Assembly (NCBI GenBank): GCA_029838195.1 | Contig: JALGVJ010000004.1 | Location: 32,001 to 96,000, forward strand | Direction: 5' to 3' | Origin: Promethearchaeota archaeon | GTDB taxonomy: Archaea; Asgardarchaeota; Lokiarchaeia; Sigyniarchaeales; SOKP01 | Length of the DNA: 64,000 nt | In this document: positions 38,568 through 49,875 of the stretch, one piece after another | How positions within the stretch are numbered: position 1 is the stretch's first letter | Layout of the letters: each line of letters starts with the position of its first letter | The notes under the pieces: generated by a model | What the model saw: the letters and a program-made list of their open reading frames with translations, nothing else | Database searches by the model: none | What the model was told of the DNA's origin: nothing | Program-made: the position numbers and the translations under genes

Positions 38568-41468
38568 TTAATTACATTTCCTTTCCAAATATTTTTTTAA
38601 AAATTGGCCCGTGTAGGAATTTTTGTTTTTAATAATTTCTTCAGGCGTGCCTTCTGCAACGATTTTTCCACCATCTTCGCCCCCTTCTGGTCCCAAGTCA
38701 ATGATATAATCTGCGGATTTTATGATTTCCATGTTATGCTCTATGATTATAACCGTATTTCCTTTATCAACAAGACGTTGCAAAACTTTTAATAGAATTT
38801 GAATATCGTAAACGCTTAGTCCGGTGGTTGGTTCATCCAGAATGTATAATGTATTGCCCGTGCTTTTTTTCCGAAGCTCTCGGGCAATTTTTAATCGCTG
38901 TGATTCACCTCCACTTAATGTGGTTGATGATTGCCCCAGTTCTAAATAGCCTAATCCCACATCGATTACCGTTTTGATGGTATTAGTGAGATTAGGAAAG
39001 TTTTCAAAAAACTTAAGCGCACCGTCAAATGTCAGGGAAAGCACGTCTGAAATGTTTTTATCTTTATACTTGATTTCTAACGTTTCTCGATTATATCGAT
39101 GCCCTTTACACAAATCACATTTAATATAGACATCGGGCAAGAAATACATTTCTTTGAGAATATATCCCGTTCCGTGACATTTCTTGCATTGCCCCGATTT
39201 GTTATTAAATGAAAATCGTCCTTTTTTATATCCTCTTTCTCTAGCTTCTGGCAATGAAGCGAAAATTTCTCGGACGTAATCAAAGGCTTTTGAATAGGTG
39301 GCGGGTACTGATCTTGGAGTTTTTCCTATAGGAGACTGATCAATATTAATCACTTTATCGATTAAATTGGCTCCCATGATTTCATCAAATTCTCCCTCTT
39401 GAAGCGGCTTGCTTCTCACGTTCACGAGGTTATGTAATCCTTTATAAAGACAATCAATGATCAAGCTTGTTTTTCCCGCTCCTGAAACTCCCGTGACGCA
39501 CGTCAATACTCCCAGGGGAATTTTGACATCGATATTTTTTAAATTGTTTTCTCTTGCTCCTTTAATCAGGATATAATTGGGTTCTCCTTTCTCTTGAAAC
39601 TTTACTTCTCTTCTTTTTTTTGGTAATTGAATGCTCGCTGTTCCTGACAGATACTTGCCCGTTAGAGAATCCGCCTTTAAGATGGTGTCCAAAGGGCCTT
39701 GAGCCACAACTTGGCCCCCGTGTTCTCCTGCCCGAGGGCCCAAATCGATGATATGATCTGCATTTCGAATGATGTCTTCATCATGTTCCACCACAACGAC
39801 CGTGTTCCCGAGATCCCTTAGCTTTTTTAGCATTCTGATGAGCCTATCAATATCTCGAGCATGAAGTCCCACGCTAGGTTCATCTAATACATACAAGACA
39901 CCTACTAAACTGGAGCCGAGTTGCGTGGCAAGCCTAATTCTTTCAGCTTCTCCAACGGAGAGCGTATCTGCCCTTCTACTTAATGAGATATAATCCAATC
40001 CCACGTTATTTAAAAAGGATAACCGGGCATTAATTTCCTTCAACACTTCTTTAACAATGGCTTGCTCGGTTTCACTTAATTTTAAGTTCTTAAAGAAATT
40101 GATAGCTTCTTTAACCGATAAATCACTTAACTGGGCGATATTCAACCCATTAATCGTGACAGCTCTGCTTTCCTCTCTTAACCTACTTCCCTTACATTCA
40201 GGACATTCTACTTGGTTCATGAAACTTTCATAAATGATTCGTGCTCGTTCAGAGGAGGTTTCCATATAACGACGATGTAACATGGGAAGAATTCCCTCGA
40301 AAGGTTTTTTAAATTTATAAGAAGATTGAAAAGAGGTTTCAGTCCACCTTGAATTATAATCTCCATTACTTTTAAGATTAAATTCTATGGCTTCTTTACC
40401 CGTTCCAAATAAAATTTTTTTTAATTTTTCTTCATCCAGCTTTTTGATGGGTGTACGTTCCAAATCTATATCATAATGCCTAGCTACTTGTTTAATCATT
40501 TGCCAGCTATATCCATCCAAGGACCCAAATCCCGGAATGTTTCGAATGCCACTCTCTTGTAAGGGTACATCTAAACTAGGCCCTAAAATGAGTTTATAAT
40601 CAAACTCCATTACCATGCCTAAACCGCTGCAATATCGACAGCTACCATGGGGGATGTTAAACGAAAACATCTTATGGTCCAATGGTGGGATAGAAATTTG
40701 ACAATCAACGCATGCTAAATGTTCGGAATAGAGAACTTCTCCTTCTTCAAGGATCTCAATGATAATGATTCCATTTCCTAATTCTAACGCCGTTTCAATA
40801 GAGTCTGCCAATCTGGTTTTAATACCCTCTTTCATGACCAAGCGATCGACAATGATATTAATGTCATGCTTAACATTCTTGTCCATGGGTATTTCTTCAT
40901 CGAGTGTATATTGAATACCATCTACTTCTACTCTCACATATCCTTTCTTTTTCAAGTCCATGAGCAAGTCTCGATATTCTCCTTTTCTATTACGAATAAT
41001 AGGGGCTTTAATCAAAAATTTCTTATTTTCTTGCATGTTGGATAATACTTGTTCGATTATTTGCTGCGGAGTCTGAGGTTTTATTTCTTTTCCACATTTA
41101 GGACAATGCGGAATTCCTACATTCGCATATAACAAACGATAATAATCATATATTTCCGTGACGGTTCCTACCGTGCTTCTCGGATTTTTTGATAAGGGTT
41201 TTTGTTCAATGGCAATAGCCGGTGATAATCCTTCTATGCTATCGACATCCGGTTTATCCATTTCTCCCAAGAATTGGCGTGCATAGCTCGATAAAGATTC
41301 AAGAAATCGTCGCTGTCCTTCTGCATATAAGGTATCCATTGCTAAACTGGATTTACCGCTACCACTGATGCCCGTTATGACAACTAATTTATTTCTTGGG
41401 ATTTCTACATTAATATTTTTTAGATTGTTTTGACGAGCTCCCCTTATAATAATGGCATTATCACTCAT
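38568..41468 (-). CDS. uvrA: Excinuclease ABC subunit A
   Basis: GARQNNLKN, GISGSGKSSL, Zn fingers, GVSGAGKT, LSGGE and DEPT motifs. Confidence 0.97.
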   Translation of the reverse strand: MSDNAIIIRGARQNNLKNINVEIPRNKLVVITGISGSGKSSLAMDTLYAEGQRRFLESLSSYARQFLGEMDKPDVDSIEGLSPAIAIEQKPLSKNPRSTVGTVTEIYDYYRLLYANVGIPHCPKCGKEIKPQTPQQIIEQVLSNMQENKKFLIKAPIIRNRKGEYRDLLMDLKKKGYVRVEVDGIQYTLDEEIPMDKNVKHDINIIVDRLVMKEGIKTRLADSIETALELGNGIIIIEILEEGEVLYSEHLACVDCQISIPPLDHKMFSFNIPHGSCRYCSGLGMVMEFDYKLILGPSLDVPLQESGIRNIPGFGSLDGYSWQMIKQVARHYDIDLERTPIKKLDEEKLKKILFGTGKEAIEFNLKSNGDYNSRWTETSFQSSYKFKKPFEGILPMLHRRYMETSSERARIIYESFMNQVECPECKGSRLREESRAVTINGLNIAQLSDLSVKEAINFFKNLKLSETEQAIVKEVLKEINARLSFLNNVGLDYISLSRRADTLSVGEAERIRLATQLGSSLVGVLYVLDEPSVGLHARDIDRLIRMLKKLRDLGNTVVVVEHDEDIIRNADHIIDLGPRAGEHGGQVVAQGPLDTILKADSLTGKYLSGTASIQLPKKRREVKFQEKGEPNYILIKGARENNLKNIDVKIPLGVLTCVTGVSGAGKTSLIIDCLYKGLHNLVNVRSKPLQEGEFDEIMGANLIDKVINIDQSPIGKTPRSVPATYSKAFDYVREIFASLPEARERGYKKGRFSFNNKSGQCKKCHGTGYILKEMYFLPDVYIKCDLCKGHRYNRETLEIKYKDKNISDVLSLTFDGALKFFENFPNLTNTIKTVIDVGLGYLELGQSSTTLSGGESQRLKIARELRKKSTGNTLYILDEPTTGLSVYDIQILLKVLQRLVDKGNTVIIIEHNMEIIKSADYIIDLGPEGGEDGGKIVAEGTPEEIIKNKNSYTGQFLKKYLERKCN

Positions 41469-41492
41469 GATTTAGCGTACAATAAGATTTTT

Positions 41493-43505
41493 CTAATTAG
41501 AATACACTTTTTCTTTTATTTGATATTTCTCTTTCAATTCTTTGATTTTATCTCTCAAATAAGCTGCATCTTCGAAGCGAAGCTCATTTGCTGCCAGTAA
41601 CATTTTAGTTTCTAAATATTGAATCATCACATCAATATCTTCCATTTGTTCCAAAGTTTCATCTACAACTTTCTTTAATCGCTTGATTTCTCGTTCTTTA
41701 TATTCTTTTTCTTCTGAAAGTGATTGTAATATGTTTTTCTTAATAGTTTTGGGGGTAATTCCATGAGTCTTGTTATATAATAATTGTTTTGCACGACGTC
41801 GATTAGTCTCATTAATCGCATCTTGCATGGCTTGCGTGATTTTATTAGCATATAAAATTGCCCTTCCATTAACGTTTCGTGAAGCTCTTCCTATGGTTTG
41901 AATTAGAGATCTCGTATCTCTTAAAAATCCTAATTTATCCGCATCTAAAATGGCAACCAATTCTACTTCGGGCAAATCTAATCCTTCTCTAAGCAAGTTT
42001 ATTCCGACAATAGCATCAAAAGTACCATCTCGTAATTTTCTTAAAATATCAAAGCGTTCAACCGTATCTACTTCTGAATGCAAGTAAGCTATTTTTATAC
42101 CTAATTCAGAATAATATTCCGAGATATCCTCTGCCATTCTTTTTGTCAGCGTGGTAATTAAAATCCTTCCTCCCCGATTAATGACACCCCGCAGTTCATT
42201 AAGCAAATCATCAATTTGATTATCAGCCGGGCGCACTTCTACTTCGGGATCTACCAAGCCCGTGGGTCTGATAATTTGTTCAGCAGAAATTCCTCCGCTT
42301 TTCTTTAATTCATATTCACCGGGAGTGGCAGACATGAAAATAATATATTTAATTTTTTGTTCCCATTCTTCAAATTTTAAAGGCCTATTATCAAAAGCAC
42401 TGGGTAGTCGCCATCCATACTCAACAAGATTTTTTTTTCGAGAGATATCTCCTTCAATCATGCCGTGAATTTGGGGGATGGTAATGTGGGACTCATCCAC
42501 AACAATTAGAAAATCTTCCGGGAAATAATCGATCAAGCACATGGGTGGCGTGCCAGGAGGCCTTCCATCCAAGTGTCTAGAATAATTTTCTATTCCCTTA
42601 CAATACCCCATTTCCCGCATCATTTCTAAATCAAATTTAACCCTTTTTTCAATCCTCTGAGCCTCCGCATATTTTTTTTCTGCTTTAAACTTGGCTATTT
42701 GTTGTTCTAATTCTTTTTCGATTGATTCTAATGCTTTTTGCTTATTTTCATCCGGGATGATAAAATGAGTTGCTGGAAAGATGCGACAATTGGGCATGGA
42801 TTTAATGATATCATTACTGACGGGGTGAATTTCATGAATAGATTCAATCTCATCTCCAAAAAGAGAGATTCGTATTGCCGTGTCCAAGTAAGCGGGGAAA
42901 ACATCCACGATATCTCCTTTGACTCTTACTTGGCCTCGTTTAAATTCAACAGCACTTCTCTCATAATTCATCTTAATGAGTTTTTCTAAAATTTCTGAAC
43001 GTTTTATTTGTTGTCCCACTTCCAAGCTTATTGCAACATTGGTCCACACTTCGGGATTACCGATTCCATAAATACATGATACGGTCGCTACGATGATGAC
43101 ATCTTTTCTTGTTCTGATGGCATGAGTAGCTGCTAAGCGTAACTTTTCAATCTCCTCATTTACGCTAAAATCTTTTTCTATGTACATCCCTGTAGCGGGT
43201 AGATACGCTTCTGGTTGATAATAATCATAGTATGAAACGAAATAATGCACGGCATTATCTGGAAATAATTCTTTAAGTTCATTATATAATTGGGCAGCTA
43301 AAGTTTTATTAGGAGCCATTACTAACGTGGGTTTTTGGATTTCCTGAATGATATTCGCAATTGAAAACGTCTTGCCTGTTCCCGTCGCGCCAAGCAATGT
43401 TTGAAATCTTTTTCCTTTCATTATATTTTCTGCTAACGTTTTGATTGCTTCAGGTTGATCTCCCTTAGGAGAATAATCGGATTTTAATTTAAATTCAGAA
43501 GGCAT
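41493..43505 (-). CDS. uvrB: Excinuclease ABC subunit B
   Basis: GATGTGKTF, FVSYYDYYQPEAY, DESH, GINLLREGLD and a C-terminal UVR domain. Confidence 0.97.
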   Translation of the reverse strand: MPSEFKLKSDYSPKGDQPEAIKTLAENIMKGKRFQTLLGATGTGKTFSIANIIQEIQKPTLVMAPNKTLAAQLYNELKELFPDNAVHYFVSYYDYYQPEAYLPATGMYIEKDFSVNEEIEKLRLAATHAIRTRKDVIIVATVSCIYGIGNPEVWTNVAISLEVGQQIKRSEILEKLIKMNYERSAVEFKRGQVRVKGDIVDVFPAYLDTAIRISLFGDEIESIHEIHPVSNDIIKSMPNCRIFPATHFIIPDENKQKALESIEKELEQQIAKFKAEKKYAEAQRIEKRVKFDLEMMREMGYCKGIENYSRHLDGRPPGTPPMCLIDYFPEDFLIVVDESHITIPQIHGMIEGDISRKKNLVEYGWRLPSAFDNRPLKFEEWEQKIKYIIFMSATPGEYELKKSGGISAEQIIRPTGLVDPEVEVRPADNQIDDLLNELRGVINRGGRILITTLTKRMAEDISEYYSELGIKIAYLHSEVDTVERFDILRKLRDGTFDAIVGINLLREGLDLPEVELVAILDADKLGFLRDTRSLIQTIGRASRNVNGRAILYANKITQAMQDAINETNRRRAKQLLYNKTHGITPKTIKKNILQSLSEEKEYKEREIKRLKKVVDETLEQMEDIDVMIQYLETKMLLAANELRFEDAAYLRDKIKELKEKYQIKEKVYSN

Positions 43506-43804
43506 GATATTTTTGAGGAACTAATTTTATTTTTATTTGGAACTCTAAACAACATCTAATTAATAGAAAATTATTAGTCAATAGTAATGATTTTTCATTA
43601 ATGATTTTTATTCTTATTTATTAAAACGAGGAAAATAAGGTTTAGGGAAAAATCAAACAAGAGAGATTACTATAATTAAGGGGAAATTTAATTAGAAATT
43701 ACATCATTCGAGCAAATCTGAGTATTTTAGAGGGGTGTTTCTCTTTTTATTTAAATATCGTTTTCATGAAAAAATGAGAAATTTTTATTGAATAATGATC
43801 ACAT

Positions 43805-46800
43805 TTAAGAGACCGTTTCTACATGAGCATCTTCAGCGCCTTCTGCCGTTCTTACCAAAATTTCAATCTTATTTCCAGATACAAAGGACCCTGCATTAGA
43901 TAGAGCCGTAGTCAAGGTCGTGGAGCCTCCCAATCCCTCAATGGTTTCTCCATTACTGAAGGTAAATTTAGACAAGGAAATTTGAGTACCATTAATAAAA
44001 ACGGATTCAATGGACACGTCTAACCTTGCAATATTCTCCACGTTTATTATCAAATCTCCACCTTCCGTTGCTGAGGTCCCCTCATCATTTATTCTAATGG
44101 CATGGAAGCGAGCGTCTACAGTAGCCTCTATGATTGTTTCATGAGAAGTGGCCGTCGCTGATATTTTAAGATTAATCTTATTAGATTCATTTATTTTTAG
44201 AGCAGGAATTGAAAAAGAGATGTAGGCGCATTCTTGGGGGGATAATACCTCATCTCCATGAAGAAATTCGACATCCTTGGGAATGGCTCGCGTGATGGTA
44301 TTATTAATAGTAAGTTGAGTGAGCGTGATGGCTGTATTTCCGGTATTTTTAATAACTACTTGCCCCGTTTCATTTGCTCTCACATGGGAAATGGTAATGT
44401 TATTAAATGTTTCAACTATTCTCACGCTAGGTTGTTTTTTCATGACATGAACGTATCCGACATCAGAAGCTTTAGTTTCTCCATTGAAACTCCCTGTAAT
44501 GGTAATCTTTATCTTATCATTAAGTTGAAACACATCTTTTTGCTTCGTTTCCATGATGATGGTATCGCTCTGTCCTGGAGTTAAAACAAAATCACCATAA
44601 ATCTTCGTCCAAGAATCGGGCTTGGTAAGAAGAATGGAATCGATTCCAAAAACGGTTTCTCCCGTGTTTTTTACTTCAATCTCGAGTCTGGTCTTGCCAT
44701 TATCTTGAAGAACCGCATGAGTAGAGCTTTCATTCAGTTGTATCGTATCTCTTAAAGTATCATTACCGATAGCCGTCGCTTCTGGAGAAGCGATGCGCTC
44801 TTCATTTAAAATACTTAATTCATAATTAGGATAATTTGAACTAAGGAGTAATTCATCTGAAATTCCATTTAAAGTAATAATTCCAATACTATTGGCAGTT
44901 CCAAGAGGAAAAAACGAAACTGAAGCATTCGGAAGATAGATCGAAACTTTTTCTCCCGGCGCTAAGACTTGAGACCCTTCTAAATATTCAATTTTACTGG
45001 TATTAAATCGATTTTCCGGAGTATTATTATTAATATAAAAGGTATCTAAAACCTCAATAGAACCACCATCATTCTCTACTTCTAAATAGACGTTAGCGAA
45101 AGTTTCATTAATTTGCTCCACCCGGCTATTTTCTTTATTAATTTTAATAGAACCGGGTTCAACACCTTCTACGAAAAAGTATTTTGTATAATTACTAAAG
45201 ATATATTTTTTATTTTCTAAAGCTTCCGCTTCAGCAGTTACATTGTAAAATACGGTATCTTTTAATCGAAACTCATTTAATCCCGTATCCACGAAGATTG
45301 TAGTTTTTTGTCCCGCAGGGATTAACGTGTTATTATTTAATTGGCTTGTAGTAAAGTTGTATTTAATATTATTAATATATACGTTATCAATATTTAAATC
45401 TCGTGTTCCCGTATTATGAAGAATAAATGTTCCATACCCACTATTATATATTTTTGGATTTTCAATGGAAAAACTTGATTCTAAAGCAGTATAATCAATT
45501 TTATACAATTTAACTAATCCATTTCGCGAAAAATACTCCTTATTAAAGACCTTAAAATCATATAAGCCATTAGGCGGAATGTGAGACGCATATGTATTTC
45601 CATTATCATCTTTTTGATTATTAATGTAATTAGCATAATACCCTTTTAAGGTGTTGGAACTATATAAATTGGGATTCGTGGGCTCTTCATATGTTAACAA
45701 TTTAAATAATTGAGATTGGAACCAATAATCTTCATATTTTCCCGTAGAACTGTTAATGTACTTGCTTTCATCAAAAACGGCATCTTGTTCCCAATTATCC
45801 TCTTCCCATCCTTTATCTTTATAAATTTCATAATTATCATTACAAATTCTAACCATCCACTGCCATTTTCCTTCATCTCCGGCAAAACCTGATATGAAAA
45901 ATCCAAAGTATACTAGTACATAATCAGCTTTCAATCTTTTAAAAGCCTTTGCACTATATATTTCATTTGTTTGCATCATTCCCATACCAGTAAGACCAAT
46001 TCTAGTTGAATTTACGGTCGCATTATCATTTACAGAGGTTACATTCCCTATTGGCGTGACCCAATAACCATAATCCCACCAACACGCAACCACATCATCT
46101 CCATCAAGATTATTTTCCATCCATGTCAAGGTTTCTTCCCAATCGTGAAATTGTCCATTAACAATCATCTGAGTGTACGAAAGTTGATTAATGGAAATAT
46201 TCGTCCCGTGCAAGATTTGGGCAAACACTAAAAATCCTATTATGAAATACACCGTGAAAATTTCGGATTCTCCTAATGCTCTTTTTATTTGCCTCCGTCT
46301 TTTTCTACTAATTCCGAATTTTCTTTCACCATATAAGCTTCCATAAAGTTTTAAAACATTAACTAATCCATAAGCCCCCATTAGGGAAGCTGCTGGCGCA
46401 AATAATAAGATGATTCTTATCATGCTTCCGGTAAGATAAAATAATGTTAAAAGAAAAATGATTAAAAATACATCCGATACATCCGATCGCTTAAAACAGA
46501 AAAATAATCCAAGTGGAAGAATAATCATGGGAATTAAGGTATTATAGTAAAATACACTCCACGCACTAGGCGCGTGCTCAGCAACCGAAGCTACTAAACT
46601 TAGATCTTCTCTTATTAATGGACTTAATATGCTTTTCAGTCGTGGTCCAAAACCAAGAGGAATTAAATCGGGTTTAACCCAAACAATGATTGCTAAAATC
46701 AAGACTGCTGGTATTAATCCCCACTTTATGCCATTTAAAAATCCGGCATAAAATCTCGGATATTTGCTCTTCGATTTATAGAGAAAATGATAAAAAATCA

Positions 46801-47656
46801 TTATTATAGTGAAGAGGAACACCCCTAGATTTTTATAATCAGAAAATAATTCATTATAATTATACAAAACAAACAAGGAATTGACAAGAAAGCCCATGCC
46901 TTCCACGCCAGCATAGGCGATTAATAGATTTTCATCATATTTTTTAATTAAGATTAAAACAAACGTGATTAAAGGAATCATTAAATATACATATGAATAA
47001 CCCCCCCAGCTTAATCCTAAATAACCTAAGAATAATCCTCCAATCATAGAATAGGTAATTTTCCCGGTTTTTACTGCTTTAATGAAGAATAAGAAAGTCA
47101 TTAATGTAGCAAACACGCCAATCGTCTCATTGTCGAAAAAACCAGCCATGGTACGTTGCATATGTCCCACATTAAAAGCTAAGAAAAACGCAGCGAATAA
47201 CCCACATCCGCGATTTAATATCTCTTTTCCTAAAAAATACATTACAAGAACGGTGACACCTCCCATGAAAGCGGGAAAAAAATAGCATACTTCATAAATG
47301 CTGATGGATAATCCGAAAAAATTCAAAATCTTATAAATAATGACCACGGTAAAAGTTAATCCTGGTCGGAGTGTCCCTCTATCGAAGCCTTCGGGATACC
47401 AGCTCTTGCTATCATGCCAATTAAAATATTCATAAAGTGAATGTTCAGAAAGATATTTAGCATTATAATATTGGATCCAAGGGTCAAAAGCTTTAATAAG
47501 ATAAGGTCCTCTAAGAATGGGAGTTAACCTAATCATTATAGCGAGAAGTACAGTTAAAAAAAGAGCGATAAATAAGAGAATATTTTCTCTTCGAACGTTT
47601 AATTTCGCTCTTGCGATGTCAGTTAAATTTTGAATGCTCTCGCTAATTTTAGACAT
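43805..47656 (-). CDS. aglB: Oligosaccharyltransferase AglB/STT3 with long C-terminal extracellular extension
   Basis: FDPW, GFFDNE, SVAEH, WWDYG, DNAT and DEGKWQWMVRI motifs; about 13 TM segments. Confidence 0.93.
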   Translation of the reverse strand: MSKISESIQNLTDIARAKLNVRRENILLFIALFLTVLLAIMIRLTPILRGPYLIKAFDPWIQYYNAKYLSEHSLYEYFNWHDSKSWYPEGFDRGTLRPGLTFTVVIIYKILNFFGLSISIYEVCYFFPAFMGGVTVLVMYFLGKEILNRGCGLFAAFFLAFNVGHMQRTMAGFFDNETIGVFATLMTFLFFIKAVKTGKITYSMIGGLFLGYLGLSWGGYSYVYLMIPLITFVLILIKKYDENLLIAYAGVEGMGFLVNSLFVLYNYNELFSDYKNLGVFLFTIIMIFYHFLYKSKSKYPRFYAGFLNGIKWGLIPAVLILAIIVWVKPDLIPLGFGPRLKSILSPLIREDLSLVASVAEHAPSAWSVFYYNTLIPMIILPLGLFFCFKRSDVSDVFLIIFLLTLFYLTGSMIRIILLFAPAASLMGAYGLVNVLKLYGSLYGERKFGISRKRRRQIKRALGESEIFTVYFIIGFLVFAQILHGTNISINQLSYTQMIVNGQFHDWEETLTWMENNLDGDDVVACWWDYGYWVTPIGNVTSVNDNATVNSTRIGLTGMGMMQTNEIYSAKAFKRLKADYVLVYFGFFISGFAGDEGKWQWMVRICNDNYEIYKDKGWEEDNWEQDAVFDESKYINSSTGKYEDYWFQSQLFKLLTYEEPTNPNLYSSNTLKGYYANYINNQKDDNGNTYASHIPPNGLYDFKVFNKEYFSRNGLVKLYKIDYTALESSFSIENPKIYNSGYGTFILHNTGTRDLNIDNVYINNIKYNFTTSQLNNNTLIPAGQKTTIFVDTGLNEFRLKDTVFYNVTAEAEALENKKYIFSNYTKYFFVEGVEPGSIKINKENSRVEQINETFANVYLEVENDGGSIEVLDTFYINNNTPENRFNTSKIEYLEGSQVLAPGEKVSIYLPNASVSFFPLGTANSIGIITLNGISDELLLSSNYPNYELSILNEERIASPEATAIGNDTLRDTIQLNESSTHAVLQDNGKTRLEIEVKNTGETVFGIDSILLTKPDSWTKIYGDFVLTPGQSDTIIMETKQKDVFQLNDKIKITITGSFNGETKASDVGYVHVMKKQPSVRIVETFNNITISHVRANETGQVVIKNTGNTAITLTQLTINNTITRAIPKDVEFLHGDEVLSPQECAYISFSIPALKINESNKINLKISATATSHETIIEATVDARFHAIRINDEGTSATEGGDLIINVENIARLDVSIESVFINGTQISLSKFTFSNGETIEGLGGSTTLTTALSNAGSFVSGNKIEILVRTAEGAEDAHVETVS

Positions 47657-47837
47657 GTTTAATGGTAAAAATTCCGATTTGATTAAACTCTGCTTGTTGA
47701 ATATTAAAAATTTACTTATCTTTAAAAGATTTTTCTTAATCTTAAAGAAACGGGTAGGTATTTTAGAAATATGTTGAGAATGCTTAAGAATATTAGTGGA
47801 TTTTCATTATTCTCACTTACAAGAAAATTATGAAATA

Positions 47838-48689
47838 ATGAATGAAAAGAAATACTTGATACGATTCTATTACATTGGAAAAAAGAAATATTACGGAACG
47901 CAGAGGCAATCCCCTGACATTTTAACTATAGAACAATGCTTGATTGAAGCATTGATTAAAAGAAATTACATGCAGGAGCCAAGAAGTGCTAAGTTTGAGC
48001 TTGCAAGTCGAACGGATAGGGGGGTTTCAGCACGCGCTGCTTGTTTTTCCTTTTTTTCGATGAGAACACCAATATTAATGGAACTAAACTCCATTCTTCC
48101 TCCTTCTATAGGACTCTACTCTTTCTGTGAAGTTCCAAAAAATTTTTCTTCCCGCCATGATGCAATAATGAGACATTACAAGTATATCGTACCCATCCCC
48201 CTTTCCATTTTCAAAAAAGAAAAGGAGTTAAATTTAGATATGATGAGACAGGCTTGTAACGCCTTAAAGGGACGTCATAATTTTGTTAATTTTCATAAAT
48301 GGGGGAAGGAAAAAGTGAATACCGTTAGAGACCTTGAGGTTGCTAGCATGGAGGTAATTAGTGATTTTATAGTATTCGATTTTAAAAGTCAAGGATTTCT
48401 CAGACAACAAGTAAGGCGCATGGTAAAAAAAATCTTGGAAGTAGGAATGGGTTTGATAAAATTTGATGATTTTTTAGAATTATTTAACCCTGAAAAGGGC
48501 ATTTCTTACCAACCTGCCGATCCTGTAGGACTCATTTTATGGGATATTTTATATAATCCCGATATTAAATTCCGGCAAGATCCAAAATCGTTAAAGAGAA
48601 TGAAACGTTATTTTCAAACCCATTATTTAAAGTACCGACATAGAGCATTACTCTTTAGCCTCTTGGAGCAAGGCAATGCGAGAAAATAA
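47838..48689 (+). CDS. truA: tRNA pseudouridine(38-40) synthase
   Basis: YYGTQRQ, ASRTDRGVSA, RHYKY, GRHNF and GFLRQQVRRMV motifs. Confidence 0.92.
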   Translation: MNEKKYLIRFYYIGKKKYYGTQRQSPDILTIEQCLIEALIKRNYMQEPRSAKFELASRTDRGVSARAACFSFFSMRTPILMELNSILPPSIGLYSFCEVPKNFSSRHDAIMRHYKYIVPIPLSIFKKEKELNLDMMRQACNALKGRHNFVNFHKWGKEKVNTVRDLEVASMEVISDFIVFDFKSQGFLRQQVRRMVKKILEVGMGLIKFDDFLELFNPEKGISYQPADPVGLILWDILYNPDIKFRQDPKSLKRMKRYFQTHYLKYRHRALLFSLLEQGNARK

Positions 48690-49616
48690 TGCTTGTAGTT
48701 GAATCTCTTCTGTAGCGCCTTGGCTCAACCGATATTCAAATTCAGCCAAAATTTTAATTAATTCTAATTTTTGTTTTTCAGGTATTTCTAAATCATAGAT
48801 TTCTTGATGAATGTTTTTTATAATACTTCGACCTGAAAGGCCGTATTCCTTAATTAAATCATCCAACAATTTTAAGACTAGTGGTAAGTGTCCCTCCAGA
48901 GCGGTTTCTAAAATTTTTTTAATTTTATCAGAGGGTACCTCTCCAGCAACGCGAAATATAAGATCAGCATCTATTTTTTTCGAGAGCGTTCCACAAGATT
49001 GTAAATAGTTAATTGCCCGTCTACAATCTCCTCCCGACACATCCACTAAGGCATTTAATCCATCTTCCGTGATCTGAAGTTTTTCATTTTTTGCGACAAA
49101 TTTCACTCTTTTTTTAATATCTTCTTTACTTAACAAAGAAAATCTGAACACCACGCATCTAGATTGAATGGGAGGGATAATTTTATTGGAATAATTACAT
49201 ATCAATATCATTCTACAATTCTTCGTGTACTTTTCCATAGTTCGTCTCAAGGCTTGTTGGGCAGGTGCCGTCATGTTATCTGCCTCATCTAGAATCAAGA
49301 TTTTAAATGGAATGTCATGAGGGGGTTTGGATTTAGCAAAATCTTTAATAATTGTTCTGATAACATCAATACCGCGAGCATCACTCGCATTTAACTCGAT
49401 GTGAGTGTTATTAGGACTCATGTTCTTACCATACAATTCTCTCACGATTGCCAAGGCAGAGGTGGTTTTTCCCGTTCCAGCGGGTCCCGCAAAAATCAAA
49501 TGGGGCATTGATTGATCTTTTACAAACTGTTTTAATCGCTTGATGATTCCTTTTTGATTAATTATATCATCTAATATACGTGGTCGGTATTTTTCCACCC
49601 AAGGATATGCTGACAT
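48648..49616 (-). CDS. rfcS: Replication factor C small subunit
   Basis: PWVEKYRP, GPAGTGKTT, ELNASDARGID, LDEAD and SRC motifs; no intein. Confidence 0.96.
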   Translation of the reverse strand: MSAYPWVEKYRPRILDDIINQKGIIKRLKQFVKDQSMPHLIFAGPAGTGKTTSALAIVRELYGKNMSPNNTHIELNASDARGIDVIRTIIKDFAKSKPPHDIPFKILILDEADNMTAPAQQALRRTMEKYTKNCRMILICNYSNKIIPPIQSRCVVFRFSLLSKEDIKKRVKFVAKNEKLQITEDGLNALVDVSGGDCRRAINYLQSCGTLSKKIDADLIFRVAGEVPSDKIKKILETALEGHLPLVLKLLDDLIKEYGLSGRSIIKNIHQEIYDLEIPEKQKLELIKILAEFEYRLSQGATEEIQLQALFSRIALLQEAKE

Positions 49617-49875
49617 GTTAAAATGAACAAAATTATCTATTTTTATTAATGGATAAGAAGGAATCGAAATAAATTTTATTAACAATAGATATGATGGTTT
49701 TAGATAAACCAATCTAAAAGGAATTTTTTTCCATTTTTATCATCCAAGGAGCGTTTAATTTTATTAACAAGGATATTTGAAATTTAATGAAAAGAAATAA
49801 GAGGAATGAATGAATTTTCATTTTTAATACAATTTAAAGATTACATAGTAATTAATTAAAACGAAGAGAAATCAC

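Noticed and set aside
48648-48689. 42-nt convergent overlap of truA and rfcS
   Set aside because: Short 3' overlaps are common in compact archaeal genomes; no further signal
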